The translations under genes and the position numbers were made by a program. A stretch of DNA of 64,000 nucleotides from Methanotrichaceae archaeon. GTDB taxonomy: Archaea; Halobacteriota; Methanosarcinia; Methanotrichales; Methanotrichaceae. The notes beneath the pieces were generated by a model. That model saw only the letters and a program-made list of their open reading frames with translations. It was not told the DNA's origin and did no database searches. The DNA lies in assembly GCA_963803145.1 (NCBI GenBank), contig CAWDLW010000020.1, positions 1-64,000 on the forward strand, in the 5' to 3' direction. This document shows positions 41,248 to 51,387 of the stretch, piece by piece (position 1 is the first letter of the stretch; the number at the start of each line of letters is the position of its first letter).

Positions 41248-42321
41248 ATGGAACAAATTTCATGCACGATTTCGGAATATGCAGCATCGGACGGCGGCAT
41301 CGATCTAATTCCAGGTTACAGGCACAAGCTTACTCATACTTCAATTGGCGAATGGAACCTCTGGGGACGCTTAAGAGAGGTTGTGGTGGGCACTCCGGAG
41401 GGAACCATCATACCCAACTTCGAGGCGGTTAACGAAAAGGTTGTTGCGCCTGAGCTCGTGGAGATGATGAAGAAATATGGGGGCAGGCTCGCCAAGGAAG
41501 TCCTTCCAGATATGTACGCTGCCCTGGAAAGGGAGAGCAACGAGCTGGTGGAGATCTACAAGTCCCACGGCGTCAAGGTTCATAGACCGCGTTCCATCAA
41601 GCCTGAGGAGACTGCATATTCTTTCGGTTTCGGCTGCACAAACATATTTTCTTGCGATCCCTTCTGGTGCGTTGGAAGGAACATCATAGAGAGCAGCTGG
41701 CGGAAGATGGGTGGCCGGCCTCAAAAGTGGGCGGTTAGGGAGACCTACCAGCCCAAGGTGGATGCCGACCCTTCGGTCCACCTCCACGCCTGTCCCATGC
41801 CCTCTCCCGGGAACGGCCCGGGCTCGGGGGACTATTATTTTGAGGTCGGCGATATGCTGGTCGTCGGCGATGGAAACGTAATTTTAGCCTACGATGAAGC
41901 AGGCACCTCCAGCAACCCCCGTGGATGCGAGTGGGTCAAACGCATCCTCGAAGCAGACGGCTTCAAGGTAACAATCATAAAGCTGCCGGACACAGGCATC
42001 CTTCACCTCTTTGCGGTCATCTGCATCATAGGTCCCGGCACGGCCATAGCCTATGAGGGAGCCTTCCCGGATAGGAAGCTGCCCGAGCCCCTCGAGGGAT
42101 GGAACGTGGTATGGTGCGACCTGGAGGAGGCCAAGGCCACGGCCCCCTGTGCCGTGAACATCGACAGGGAGACGGTGTTGCTGCCGCGTGAGGCGCCCAA
42201 AACCTGTAAGGCGGTATCCGACCTCGGTTTCGATGTCATAGACTTAGAGTTCTCAGCCCATGCCATGGCCGCGGGAGGCATTCGATGTGCCACCGGCGTG
42301 ATCTACAGGGAGATTGACTGA
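41248..42321 (+). CDS. Amidinotransferase/pentein superfamily enzyme (divergent)
   Basis: WGRLREVVVG, EVGD, LHL and GGIRCAT motifs. Confidence 0.85.
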   Translation: MEQISCTISEYAASDGGIDLIPGYRHKLTHTSIGEWNLWGRLREVVVGTPEGTIIPNFEAVNEKVVAPELVEMMKKYGGRLAKEVLPDMYAALERESNELVEIYKSHGVKVHRPRSIKPEETAYSFGFGCTNIFSCDPFWCVGRNIIESSWRKMGGRPQKWAVRETYQPKVDADPSVHLHACPMPSPGNGPGSGDYYFEVGDMLVVGDGNVILAYDEAGTSSNPRGCEWVKRILEADGFKVTIIKLPDTGILHLFAVICIIGPGTAIAYEGAFPDRKLPEPLEGWNVVWCDLEEAKATAPCAVNIDRETVLLPREAPKTCKAVSDLGFDVIDLEFSAHAMAAGGIRCATGVIYREID

Positions 42322-42542
42322 GCCATATCTCACCTTTTTTTGGCTTATGTTCGGTGGGCTAATCTTTGGGGAGCTTTGCTCGGCCTTGAAGCCCTTTGGC
42401 ACGATCTTCATAAAGCTAATGCAGTGACGGTGCTGCCATCGGTGAAGATCACCCTGATCGCCATCATGGGTGATAAAAGCCAGGATGAGATCAAGGCCCT
42501 GGCTGTAAAAGCCTAATCGGTCATTCTCCTCTTCAGCACAAA

Positions 42543-42588
42543 GGTAGACCTAAGGCCCCTCTTCAGCTGAGGGGCAAATTTTCCATCA
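42543..42588 (+). pseudogene. 3'-end remnant of the C45 peptidase gene
   Basis: GTAGACCTAAGGCCCCTCTTCAGCTGAGGGGCAAATTTTCCATC closely matches 45112-45156. Confidence 0.7.
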
Positions 42589-42794
42589 TGACGGTGGATC
42601 TATTCGAAATGGCTATTGAGAAAGATGTTTTTGAAAAGAGAGAGTGTAATGGATAAGGGCCAACAAGCTTTATTGTGATCGATGTACAAAACGAATCGCA
42701 AAAGAAGAGGATACAATGTTTTCAAGCGAACTGCGAAAAATAATTTTAGATAGATAGATATATGCTCCATCTACGAATGACATGCTCTCATATA

Positions 42795-43322
42795 TTATCG
42801 CATTTTGAAGCTTATATATACGGCGGTGAGCCCTCCTATAATGAATAATCCGCCGAACAAGTAGGTCAGCATTGCAGCGGCAATGAGCGGCGAGCCAAGA
42901 AGTAATATGCCTAAGATAAGGCTGAGCAGTCCAATAACAGCTGCTCCACGATCGCCTTTAAGGGCGTGAAAGAGGCTAATTGCACCCATGATTATTCCTA
43001 GCGTTCCAACTATCATTATCATAGTTGTTGGCACCAAGATGCCGCCTAATACCGGGTTCAGTATTATCGTTAGTCCTGCAAGTATGCCGATTATTCCGAA
43101 TATGGCTTTCCAAAGTCTATTGTCGTTATCTTCTAAGGCCGCAACGATGCCGAAAGTGCCTGACATGAGCCAATACCATCCTAGCAAAAATACGAGGGCG
43201 ATCACAGTTGTTAATGGCCTGGTTACAAGAAGTATCCCCAATATAGTCGCTAAAATGCCATCTATCATAATAGCCCACCAAGGGGCGAAGTCCATATTTT
43301 CCCTAGAAATAGTCTCATTCAT
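42795..43322 (-). CDS. HdeD/DUF308 membrane protein (copy 1)
   Basis: WW...DGI...LG.LL..P repeat pattern; 175 aa from the ATG after GGAGGGAG; paralog of 50125..50652. Confidence 0.88.
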   Translation of the reverse strand: MNETISRENMDFAPWWAIMIDGILATILGILLVTRPLTTVIALVFLLGWYWLMSGTFGIVAALEDNDNRLWKAIFGIIGILAGLTIILNPVLGGILVPTTMIMIVGTLGIIMGAISLFHALKGDRGAAVIGLLSLILGILLLGSPLIAAAMLTYLFGGLFIIGGLTAVYISFKMR

Positions 43323-43456
43323 AATTGCTTCTCCCTCCTTTATTCCGAGGATATATCTGGCTAATTGCCAATGAACTATAAATTTTTGATGCCCAAATTC
43401 CTCGGACATAATTATAATAATGCTAAACTTACACTCGTTATCATTCTTATCTCAGA

Positions 43457-43546
43457 TCAGCTATGGACGACTGCTGATATGCCCAGAGCTGGAAAGAGCG
43501 CTGTCAGAGCTGTAGTGGTGATGCTAACCCGTGCTATGACCATGGC
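43457..43546 (-). pseudogene. MarC 3' remnant
   Basis: Encodes TTALTALFPALGISAVVHS*, versus ATALTALFPVLGTLTVAHG* in the intact MarC; the downstream flank also matches. Confidence 0.75.
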
Positions 43547-43626
43547 TCCAAAGGTCCGAACTCCTTTAACCCATTTAGGCTAAATTACTATACTATTCAA
43601 AATTTTTTGATTGTAATCGTTTGTGA

Positions 43627-43689
43627 ATCTTTCCCTAATTCATGATGAAGTCCACCTCGCCGGTAACGTTAATATCCCGAGGGGATCTC
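43627..43689 (-). pseudogene. Amidohydrolase 3' remnant
   Basis: Encodes DINVTGEVDFIM, versus DINVTGKVDFVM at 31344-31407. Confidence 0.7.
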
Positions 43690-43926
43690 TAGGATTTTGT
43701 GTTGGCATCCGGTCGCCATTTAGTAAACTTTTTGATTAGAATAGAACTCAGCATATTGATGATATGGATGCTATTGGATTACGAGTTACAGCTCTTAGAA
43801 AAATTCCGATATTCAATCGAACGAGTCTGCTTATGAAAAATAACAACCAATTGTGGAACATAATGCTAATCTTTATATAATTTCCCACTCATTTGCGATT
43901 GATATCCGGTAGAAGGAGGGGAAAGC

Positions 43927-45138
43927 TTGAGTAGCGTAAATATATCAGCCGCAGAGATCGATGGATCGAAGACTGCCTCGACAGATAGCGATACTACGAA
44001 GACCGCTGCAAATATCAGCCATATCCTTGATGCCAGGAACCCTGCTGCCACCTTTGAGGGAGGAAAGCTGTACATGGCTGGAAACCTGAAGGTCGTTGAG
44101 CTTCATGGGAGCTACAGGGCGATGGGCAGGCGGTATGGCGCCCTCATGAAGAAGGATTTAAACGAGATATACGAATACATAAGTGTCGATTTCGGGAAGA
44201 AGCCCGGCGTCAACTATGACGGATTCCTGAAGCTCGGCAGGACGTACTACAACTCCTACCCTCAGAGGTATAGGGAAATACTCAACGGGATAGGCGAGAC
44301 CTCAGGCCTCGGGCTGGATAAAGAGCTTATAATCAACTCTATGGAGGGTGCTTACTTACGATCGAGATTTGGGTGCTCAGGGATCGCTGCCTGGGGCGAC
44401 TATACATCGGGAGGGCCTCTCGTCTTTGGCCGAAACTTCGACTGGGTTACCATGGGCAATTACTTCTCAGTAGTTATCTATAATCCCGATGACGGCAACA
44501 TACCAGTTGCAAGCGTGGGCTATACTGGCTGTGTATACGTATGCACCGGCATGAATAAGAAAGGGGTCTTTCTTGAGCTGAACAACGGTGCGTTTGTTGA
44601 AGCCATAGATTTCTCGAACAGGGTCCTTGCCATGGCTTCATTGTTCTCCTTCCTGGAGGATTCCCAGGACCTGGACCAGCTCGACATTCAGTTCCATACG
44701 GCCCGTCCATCTCATACCTTCATAATAAATGTGGCCAACCAGACAGGAGCCTACTCCTATGAGTGGGCAACCTTCGATGTCAAACGCAGAGGGCCTGATA
44801 GGGACGGGCTGCTCGTCGGCACCAACCAGTTCGTCGACCCATCATGGGGAATTACCATGGCAGGTGATACCTATCTAATAGGACAGACCTTTGACATGGC
44901 CATGACAAAAGAGCGCCGCGAGAACCTCCTTGCCCTCGGGAAGAAGTACAAAGGCAAGATTACTCCTGAGACAATGATGAAGATCATTAGCATACCCATA
45001 GAGGAAGGGGGAGCATTCATGGCTCCTCACGGCACGAGCTATCAGACAGTTGCTGTGCCAAAAGACCTGAAGATCTGGGTCAGGGTGCCCGAGTATCAGG
45101 ATTGGGTAGAAGTAGACCTAAAGCCCCTCTTCAGCTGA
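43927..45138 (+). CDS. C45-family autoproteolytic Ntn-hydrolase/acyltransferase
   Basis: G|CSGIA nucleophile site, GRNFDW, TGMNKKG and GTNQF motifs. Confidence 0.88.
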   Translation: MSSVNISAAEIDGSKTASTDSDTTKTAANISHILDARNPAATFEGGKLYMAGNLKVVELHGSYRAMGRRYGALMKKDLNEIYEYISVDFGKKPGVNYDGFLKLGRTYYNSYPQRYREILNGIGETSGLGLDKELIINSMEGAYLRSRFGCSGIAAWGDYTSGGPLVFGRNFDWVTMGNYFSVVIYNPDDGNIPVASVGYTGCVYVCTGMNKKGVFLELNNGAFVEAIDFSNRVLAMASLFSFLEDSQDLDQLDIQFHTARPSHTFIINVANQTGAYSYEWATFDVKRRGPDRDGLLVGTNQFVDPSWGITMAGDTYLIGQTFDMAMTKERRENLLALGKKYKGKITPETMMKIISIPIEEGGAFMAPHGTSYQTVAVPKDLKIWVRVPEYQDWVEVDLKPLFS

Positions 45139-45289
45139 GAGGCAAAATTTTCCATCTCTATCTTTTTTGTTGGCGAAGAACTGGCTTCCATGATCAGTAA
45201 TGGCTTGCTCGATCTTTCTTCTATCACTGTATTCTTTAGAGCTCGTCTTAATGAAAAAGCTTATATTGTTATCTGACTTACCGGCGTTC

Positions 45290-46879
45290 ATGGAGCCCCT
45301 GAATGAGAAAGCCTACAGGCAACGCTGGATCGCCCTGGCCTTCATATGCCTGTCGCTGCTGGCTATAAGCTTCAACGACTCAACCATAAACGTAGCTCTT
45401 CCATCGATAGCCAAAGATATGCATGCGAGTGCAAGCAATCTGATGTGGGTGGTCAATGCTTATATTATCGTATTTGCTGCCCTGCTGCTGCCAATGGGAT
45501 CTGCTGGAGACCGCTATGGACGCAGACTATTTCTATTAATTGGGCTTGCTCTGCTATGTATAACATCGGCCTTGGCCTGCTACAGCGGATCGATTGAAGC
45601 TCTCATCGCTACGAGGGGCATAATGGGAATAGCAGGCGCAATGATAATGCCTTCTACGCTCTCAATACTTTCTGCCACATTTACAGATAAAAAAGAGCGC
45701 TCTCAGGCGATAGCCATCTGGGCTGCAACATTTGGTCTGGGAGCTGCAGGAACTGTGCTTGGAGGCTGGCTTCTGGAGAATTTTTCATCGACCTCTGTAT
45801 TCTTTGTAAATGTGCCTCTGGCCATCATCGCTATCATAGGCGGCTATTTCTTCATATCCAATTCAAAGGATGAGCATGCTCCATCAATAGATCTGCCGGG
45901 GGTCGTGCTATCCATAATAGGCATGGTCGCCCTTGCATTTGGAATCATCAACGCTGGGGAGATAGGATGGAGCGATCCAGGCGTTATAAATAGCCTGGGG
46001 ATGGCAATTGTCTTCATGGCAGCCTTCTGCTACTGGGAGAGCAAGACTAAAAACCCTATGCTGCCTTTGTCTCTCTTCAAGAACAGGTCGTTTTCTCTAT
46101 CCACTATGGCAATTGTAATGGACGTGTTCACTCTAGCAGGCGTTAGCTTCTTCTTCCCCCAGTTTATCCAGACGGTTCTCGGCTACAGTGCTCTGCAGTC
46201 TGGCCTGGCTATGCTGCCGCTATCAGCCGTGGTTGTGATATTCTCAACCTCGTCAGCTAAGCTGGTGGGACGGTGGGGGGTCAAGAAGGTTATAGCATGT
46301 GCCCTCATGTCCTCTACAATTGGCCTCTTGTTCATGATTGCGACATTTGGAGTGGATACATCATATCTGGTGCTTTTGATATCTATGATCTTCATGGGCA
46401 TAGGGAGCGGAACTATCACAGCACCTGCCACTGACTCAGCGATGAGCACAGTTCCAATCTCTAAAGCGGGAGTCGGATCTGCTACTAACAATGCGGTCAT
46501 AAGTCTTGGAGGCGCCCTGGGTGTGGCGGTCCTGGGCTCGATCATGAATAGCATGTACATCTCCGAACTCGGTAAATTTACAGATCTAAATCTTCTGCCT
46601 GTGGATGTCTACAACACCATAAAGAGCGGAGTCGTTGGGGCACATCAGTTTGCGGCCTACATAACCCATCCCCAGGTCCAGTCGCAGTTCATTGTCTTTG
46701 TGGATCAGGCCTTCGTATCTGGCATGAAGAGCGCACTGCTTGTGGACGCAGCTTTGGTGTTCTTGACAGCCATAGCTATTTACCGACTCCTGCCGGATAT
46801 GAGCCAGAGGACAAAAGAAGATGGCGAGGATTCCATTCGGCGTGAGGTGGTGACCCCTCAGCAGTCAGGGACTGAGTAG
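45290..46879 (+). CDS. MFS drug:H+ antiporter DHA2 (14 TM)
   Basis: INVALPSI, GDRYGRR, RGIMGIAGAMIMP and ERSQAIAIWAA motifs. Confidence 0.92.
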   Translation: MEPLNEKAYRQRWIALAFICLSLLAISFNDSTINVALPSIAKDMHASASNLMWVVNAYIIVFAALLLPMGSAGDRYGRRLFLLIGLALLCITSALACYSGSIEALIATRGIMGIAGAMIMPSTLSILSATFTDKKERSQAIAIWAATFGLGAAGTVLGGWLLENFSSTSVFFVNVPLAIIAIIGGYFFISNSKDEHAPSIDLPGVVLSIIGMVALAFGIINAGEIGWSDPGVINSLGMAIVFMAAFCYWESKTKNPMLPLSLFKNRSFSLSTMAIVMDVFTLAGVSFFFPQFIQTVLGYSALQSGLAMLPLSAVVVIFSTSSAKLVGRWGVKKVIACALMSSTIGLLFMIATFGVDTSYLVLLISMIFMGIGSGTITAPATDSAMSTVPISKAGVGSATNNAVISLGGALGVAVLGSIMNSMYISELGKFTDLNLLPVDVYNTIKSGVVGAHQFAAYITHPQVQSQFIVFVDQAFVSGMKSALLVDAALVFLTAIAIYRLLPDMSQRTKEDGEDSIRREVVTPQQSGTE

Positions 46880-47009
46880 ACTGCAGATGTTCAGGTATCA
46901 AGCTAAGCAGCTAAACACGTACTAAGCTGCTTAACTTTTAAATATAAATTCTAACATTTTTTCATTTTTGGGAGGATGAGACATCCACTTTCTCGAAAGG
47001 AAGATCCGG

Positions 47010-47464
47010 GTGGAAAACTTCCTGAATCCCATAGCGCGATCGAGCGAGCGCGGATTTATCTGGCTCAAATCCATCCTTGGGCCACAGGGCTATGACGTGG
47101 AGAGAGTTCCCATCAGGGGCGAGTTCCTTCATCTGGATGTGGCCTTATCGGTCGTGAGGCCTGGCCTGGCTGTGATTTGCCCTGACGCCTTCGCTGAGGG
47201 AATTCCATCGTACTTCGACGGCTGGAAGCTCATTGAGGTCTCCAAGGATGAGGCCCAGCGACTGGCTACAAATGGCCTTCCTATTGATCCAGATCATTAT
47301 ATACTGAGCTACAATGAGCACTACGACGGGTGGCGAGTCCAGAAGGCCCTGGAGCCGAGGGCATAACTGTCCATCGCATTGCATTTGACAACCACAATGG
47401 GGATGGCGGCTCTGTGAGATGTGCCACTCACCCACTTGTGAGGAGATTGAACTCGAAGGCATGA
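47010..47464 (+). pseudogene. Third amidinotransferase: 5'-truncated and frameshifted
   Basis: FLHLDVALS...PG and NGL motifs; after a frameshift near 47355 it continues GITVHRIAFDNHNGDGGSVRCATHPL. Confidence 0.85.
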
Positions 47465-47719
47465 GCAAAGAGAATCTGTTCCTCGATATTTCTTGCGGGC
47501 TGCCTCAGGATATCGATCAGGAGCCTTAATGATTCGCATGCCTGTCAGAAGTTTGACCTCTAGGCGGTTGATAGCGGCATGTGACTCATTAGATATGAGC
47601 TCTCAAAACAAAACATCGAATAATCATTTTTTCGGTATCAATTATAACCAGAAATGTATTCTCTTTACAGGGACAATGCAAATATCATAAATCCGAGAAA
47701 GTTTATATGTCAGGAAGTC

Positions 47720-49279
47720 ATGACAGCCTTTATGCCTCGTGAAGCAAAAAGCGCGAATAGTCAGCCCTGGATTTCTATGATATTCATATGCTTATCGGTA
47801 TTGGTTACAAGCCTAAATAATAATATGCTCAATGTAGCCCTGCCGTCTATCGCCAAAGATTTGCATGCAAGTTACAGCGAGCTTCAATGGGCAATTGATG
47901 CATATGTGCTGATCTTCGCAGCGCTGCTGCTGACGATGGGATCCATCGGCGATCGATTTGGCAGAAAGCGTTCATTAAAAATTGGACTCGCATTATTTGG
48001 AGTAAGCTCAATACTTGCGGGCGGAGCTACATCGATTTTATCGCTGATCCTCATCCGCGCCTTTATGGGCATATGCGTGGCAATGATCATGCCCTCTACC
48101 TTGTCGATTTTAACGGCAGCCTTTGAATATCCAAAGGAGCGCTCGCAGGCAATTGCGCTTTGGGCCGCTACCTTCGGTTTAGGTATAGGCATCGGCCCCT
48201 TATTAGGCGGCTGGATTCTCAAACATTTCTCCTGGAATTCAATTTTCTTCGCAAACATACCGCTAATTGCAGTTGCACTAGCCGGCAGTTATATTTATAT
48301 CAGCGAGTCAAAAGACGAAAAAGCCCCTCCGGCAGATATGATCGGTGTATTTCTATCGATCACAGGTATGGTCACCCTGCTATTTGGCATCATCCAGGCG
48401 GGCGTTGTAGGCTGGGAAAATCCCAAAATATTGATCTCCTTAGCGCTGGCTGCCATATTCCTGACAGCATTTGCAATTTGGGAAAAACGCACAAAAAATC
48501 CCATGCTGCCTCTTTATCTTTTCAAGAATAAATCCTTCACCGGAGCAAATATAGCAATGACCTTTCTCACCTTTAGCTTGTTCGGCTCAAGTTTCTTCCT
48601 AAGCCAGTATTTCCAGACAATTCTCGGATATACTGCACTGCAGACAGGTCTGGGTATCCTGCCCATCGCGATAGCAGTGGTTGTATCCTCTGCATTGTCT
48701 GCCAAGGTTTCTGAAAGGCTGGGCATAAAATTTACAGTCGTTGGAGCGATTCTGATAACGGCAATCGGTCTGATCTATATGGCTGCTATTGCGGGTATAG
48801 CAACGAGCTATGGGACTCTGCTGATAGGCATGATATTATTAGGCGTTGGCCTCGGGATTGCCCAAGGCCCGGCTACCGACTCTGTCATGGGTGCCGTCCC
48901 TAAGGCCAAGGCTGGCGTAGGTTCAGCGATGAATGATACAACACGAGAGCTCGGCGGCGCACTGGGAGTGGCTGTGCTCGGGACCATATCGAACAGGGAT
49001 TTCCTGGCCCAGATCAATCGGCTGAGCATACAAAATATTTTGCCTCCAGATGCATATCAGCTAATTCAAAGCGGTATAGTAGGAGCACATCAATTTGCGA
49101 CTTATATTCCCTTTCCGCAGGTTCAGGAAAAGTTTGTAATTTATGTGGATGAGGCATTCGTAGGAGGGATGAGAGACGCTATGTTCATTGGAGCTGCAAT
49201 AATGGTTCTTGCAGCTATACTGACATATAGAATTCTGCCTGCGCAGATTCAACGCGCAGAAGATACTAAAAAGGATTAA
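47720..49279 (+). CDS. MFS drug:H+ antiporter DHA2 (paralog of 45290..46879)
   Basis: LNVALPSIAKD, GDRFGRK, ERSQAIALWAATFG; shares the SG(V/I)VGAHQFA loop with the paralog. Confidence 0.92.
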   Translation: MTAFMPREAKSANSQPWISMIFICLSVLVTSLNNNMLNVALPSIAKDLHASYSELQWAIDAYVLIFAALLLTMGSIGDRFGRKRSLKIGLALFGVSSILAGGATSILSLILIRAFMGICVAMIMPSTLSILTAAFEYPKERSQAIALWAATFGLGIGIGPLLGGWILKHFSWNSIFFANIPLIAVALAGSYIYISESKDEKAPPADMIGVFLSITGMVTLLFGIIQAGVVGWENPKILISLALAAIFLTAFAIWEKRTKNPMLPLYLFKNKSFTGANIAMTFLTFSLFGSSFFLSQYFQTILGYTALQTGLGILPIAIAVVVSSALSAKVSERLGIKFTVVGAILITAIGLIYMAAIAGIATSYGTLLIGMILLGVGLGIAQGPATDSVMGAVPKAKAGVGSAMNDTTRELGGALGVAVLGTISNRDFLAQINRLSIQNILPPDAYQLIQSGIVGAHQFATYIPFPQVQEKFVIYVDEAFVGGMRDAMFIGAAIMVLAAILTYRILPAQIQRAEDTKKD

Positions 49280-49289
49280 TTTTCAGATT

Positions 49290-49748
49290 CTAAGATAGAA
49301 TCCCGAAGAAGAACCTGATGGCATCACCGCTGGATAGAACAGCCGCCAGCTTTAGCGTGGCGCCTATGGTGTTGCCTTTTATGCTCACTTCTCCCGACTT
49401 TTCGGCATCTTTGTAAGCTGTTGTGGGATCTGCTGCGTTTTCTACTCTATGAATTGCACCCTCGGTCGCATAGACATCAATGGTTGGATTCTCGATGCCT
49501 CCTTTCTCTGATCTTATGATTTTGGCATTCTTAGTTTCAAATCCCCAAGCAATAGTGCTGCTATCATTCATCGGAACAGTGATGTTTACCTTTTCATCTC
49601 CTAATAGCGCCCTTAGCACTGATGGTGCGTTATCTATTCTGCTATTGTAGCTATCAACGCTCTTTTGCAGGTTGTTTACATCTACAACTGCATCGGCCGT
49701 TAAGACGCAAAGGAAAATTACCAGGGCTAGAGAAATTATAGTCCTCAT
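49290..49748 (-). CDS. Secreted hypothetical protein (SCP2-like pattern)
   Basis: Signal peptide; GG.ENPTIDVYATE...AY..A..SGEVSIKG pattern. Confidence 0.65.
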   Translation of the reverse strand: MRTIISLALVIFLCVLTADAVVDVNNLQKSVDSYNSRIDNAPSVLRALLGDEKVNITVPMNDSSTIAWGFETKNAKIIRSEKGGIENPTIDVYATEGAIHRVENAADPTTAYKDAEKSGEVSIKGNTIGATLKLAAVLSSGDAIRFFFGILS

Positions 49749-49847
49749 AAGATCAATTATGATTAATTAGAATTTATCTTTTTCCCTTTGTATATCATCT
49801 TGAAACCACAAATCATAATAATATTCGTATACAATATTGGATATTAC

Positions 49848-49985
49848 GGTGCTGTCCCCTTATTTCAGGCAGAGGATGGTGAGGCTGAGCAGAGGGATTC
49901 CGCGGCCATAGCCATAGGCGGCGCCGCTACAGCGCTGATAGCGCTCTTCCCGGCCCTGGGCTTATCGACAGTCGTGCACAGCTAA
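49848..49985 (+). pseudogene. Internally deleted MarC remnant
   Basis: Joins GAVPLF, AEDGEAEQRDS and AIAIGGAATALIALFPALG, three distant segments of the MarC at 32884..33531. Confidence 0.8.
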
Positions 49986-50124
49986 TCCGAAATGAGAGGA
50001 ATAGCAAGGCATAAGTTTAAGATTATTATAAATATGTTCATGGGATCAGGACATCAAAAATATTTTATAGTACGTTGGCGTTTAACCGGTTATATCCTCA
50101 GCATAAGAGGAGGGAGAAGCAATT

Positions 50125-50652
50125 ATGGATGGGAACATTTCTAGAGAAAATATGGTCTTCGCCCCTTGGTGGGCTATTATGATAGATGGCATTGTAGCGA
50201 TTATCTTGGGGGTACTTCTTGTAACCAGGCCGTTATCAACTGTGATTGCCCTAGTATTCTTGCTCGGATGGTACTGGCTTATCTCAGGCGTTTTGGGAAT
50301 CGTCACGGCTTTCAAAGATGAGGACAATAGACTTTGGAAAGCCATATTCGGCATAATCGGCATACTCGCAGGGCTAGCAGTAATATTCAACCCGGTATTA
50401 AGCGGCATCCTGGTGCCCACAACCATGATACTCATGGTTGGAACGCTAGGAGTAATCATGGGTGCAATTAGCCTATTTCACGCCCTTAAAGGCGATCGTG
50501 GAGCAGCTGTTATTGGACTGCTCAGCATCATCTTGGGCCTACTCCTTGTCGGCTCACCACTCATTGCCGCAGCAATGCTGACCTACTTGTTCGGCGGATT
50601 GTCCATCATAGGAGGATTGGCGTCAGTATACATAGGCTACAAGATGCGATAA
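50125..50652 (+). CDS. HdeD/DUF308 membrane protein (copy 2)
   Basis: Highly similar to 42795..43322, in inverted orientation. Confidence 0.88.
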   Translation: MDGNISRENMVFAPWWAIMIDGIVAIILGVLLVTRPLSTVIALVFLLGWYWLISGVLGIVTAFKDEDNRLWKAIFGIIGILAGLAVIFNPVLSGILVPTTMILMVGTLGVIMGAISLFHALKGDRGAAVIGLLSIILGLLLVGSPLIAAAMLTYLFGGLSIIGGLASVYIGYKMR

Positions 50653-50742
50653 GATACGAGTACATATTTTATTTTTTGCTCCAAAACAGCTAAATAATCA
50701 TCAACTGGTTGTGGATCAGTCTATAATAAGTGAGGTGGTAAT

Positions 50743-51258
50743 ATAACTGATTTAGTAGCAATAGTATACCCAGATGAGGGGCGTGCTGCCGAGGTCATGA
50801 ACAAGCTCAAGGAGCTTTCCAGCCTGTACCTCATCGATCTTGAAGACGCAGTCTATGTGACCAAGGATGTAGAAGGCAAGGTCAAGCTGCACCAGTCAGC
50901 AGACCTGACTGGCGCCGGAGCAATCGGTGGTGCCTTTTGGGGGCTTCTTATTGGGCTTCTCTTCTTCATTCCAATTGGCGGCATGATTATAGGGGCTATC
51001 GCAGGGGCTATCGGCGGCAGTCTAGCTGATTACGGCATAGATGATGAGTTTGCCAAATCCCTGACTAAATCGATGACACCTGGAAGCTCAGCCGTCTTCA
51101 TGCTCGTGCGCAAAGTTACCATAGACAAGGTAGAGCCGGAGCTGGCCAAGTTCGGCGGAAAGATTCTTCATACCTCTCTCTCCAAGGAAGTAGAGGCAAA
51201 GCTGCAGGCAACACTCGATGAGGCGGGCAAGGCAGAAGTGAAGCAGGCTCCTGTTTAG
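50743..51258 (+). CDS. DUF1269 family membrane protein (probable ATA start)
   Basis: GAGGTGG RBS then ATA-ACT-GAT-TTA-GTA (xTDLVAIVYPDE); GA.GGAFWGLLIGLLF, DYGIDD and PGSSAVF motifs. Confidence 0.88.
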   Translation: MTDLVAIVYPDEGRAAEVMNKLKELSSLYLIDLEDAVYVTKDVEGKVKLHQSADLTGAGAIGGAFWGLLIGLLFFIPIGGMIIGAIAGAIGGSLADYGIDDEFAKSLTKSMTPGSSAVFMLVRKVTIDKVEPELAKFGGKILHTSLSKEVEAKLQATLDEAGKAEVKQAPV

Positions 51259-51387
51259 CCTGCATGAGCGGAGAGGACTGAGCAGGAGTCCCGGTCTAAA
51301 GGCACGGTCTAGCCAAATCAGAGAGCTAATGAGAGTCACGACGTAGTCATATCAGGATGAAAGCAGAGCAAGGTAGTTCTTGGAGGG

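Noticed and set aside
42360-42516. Short frame ending ...VKITLIAIMGDKSQDEIKALAVKA*
   Set aside because: It looks like another 3' gene remnant, but it has no start and I cannot identify the parent family.
49788-49985. 65-aa ORF as a real small membrane protein
   Set aside because: It is a patchwork of MarC fragments, so it is annotated as a remnant.
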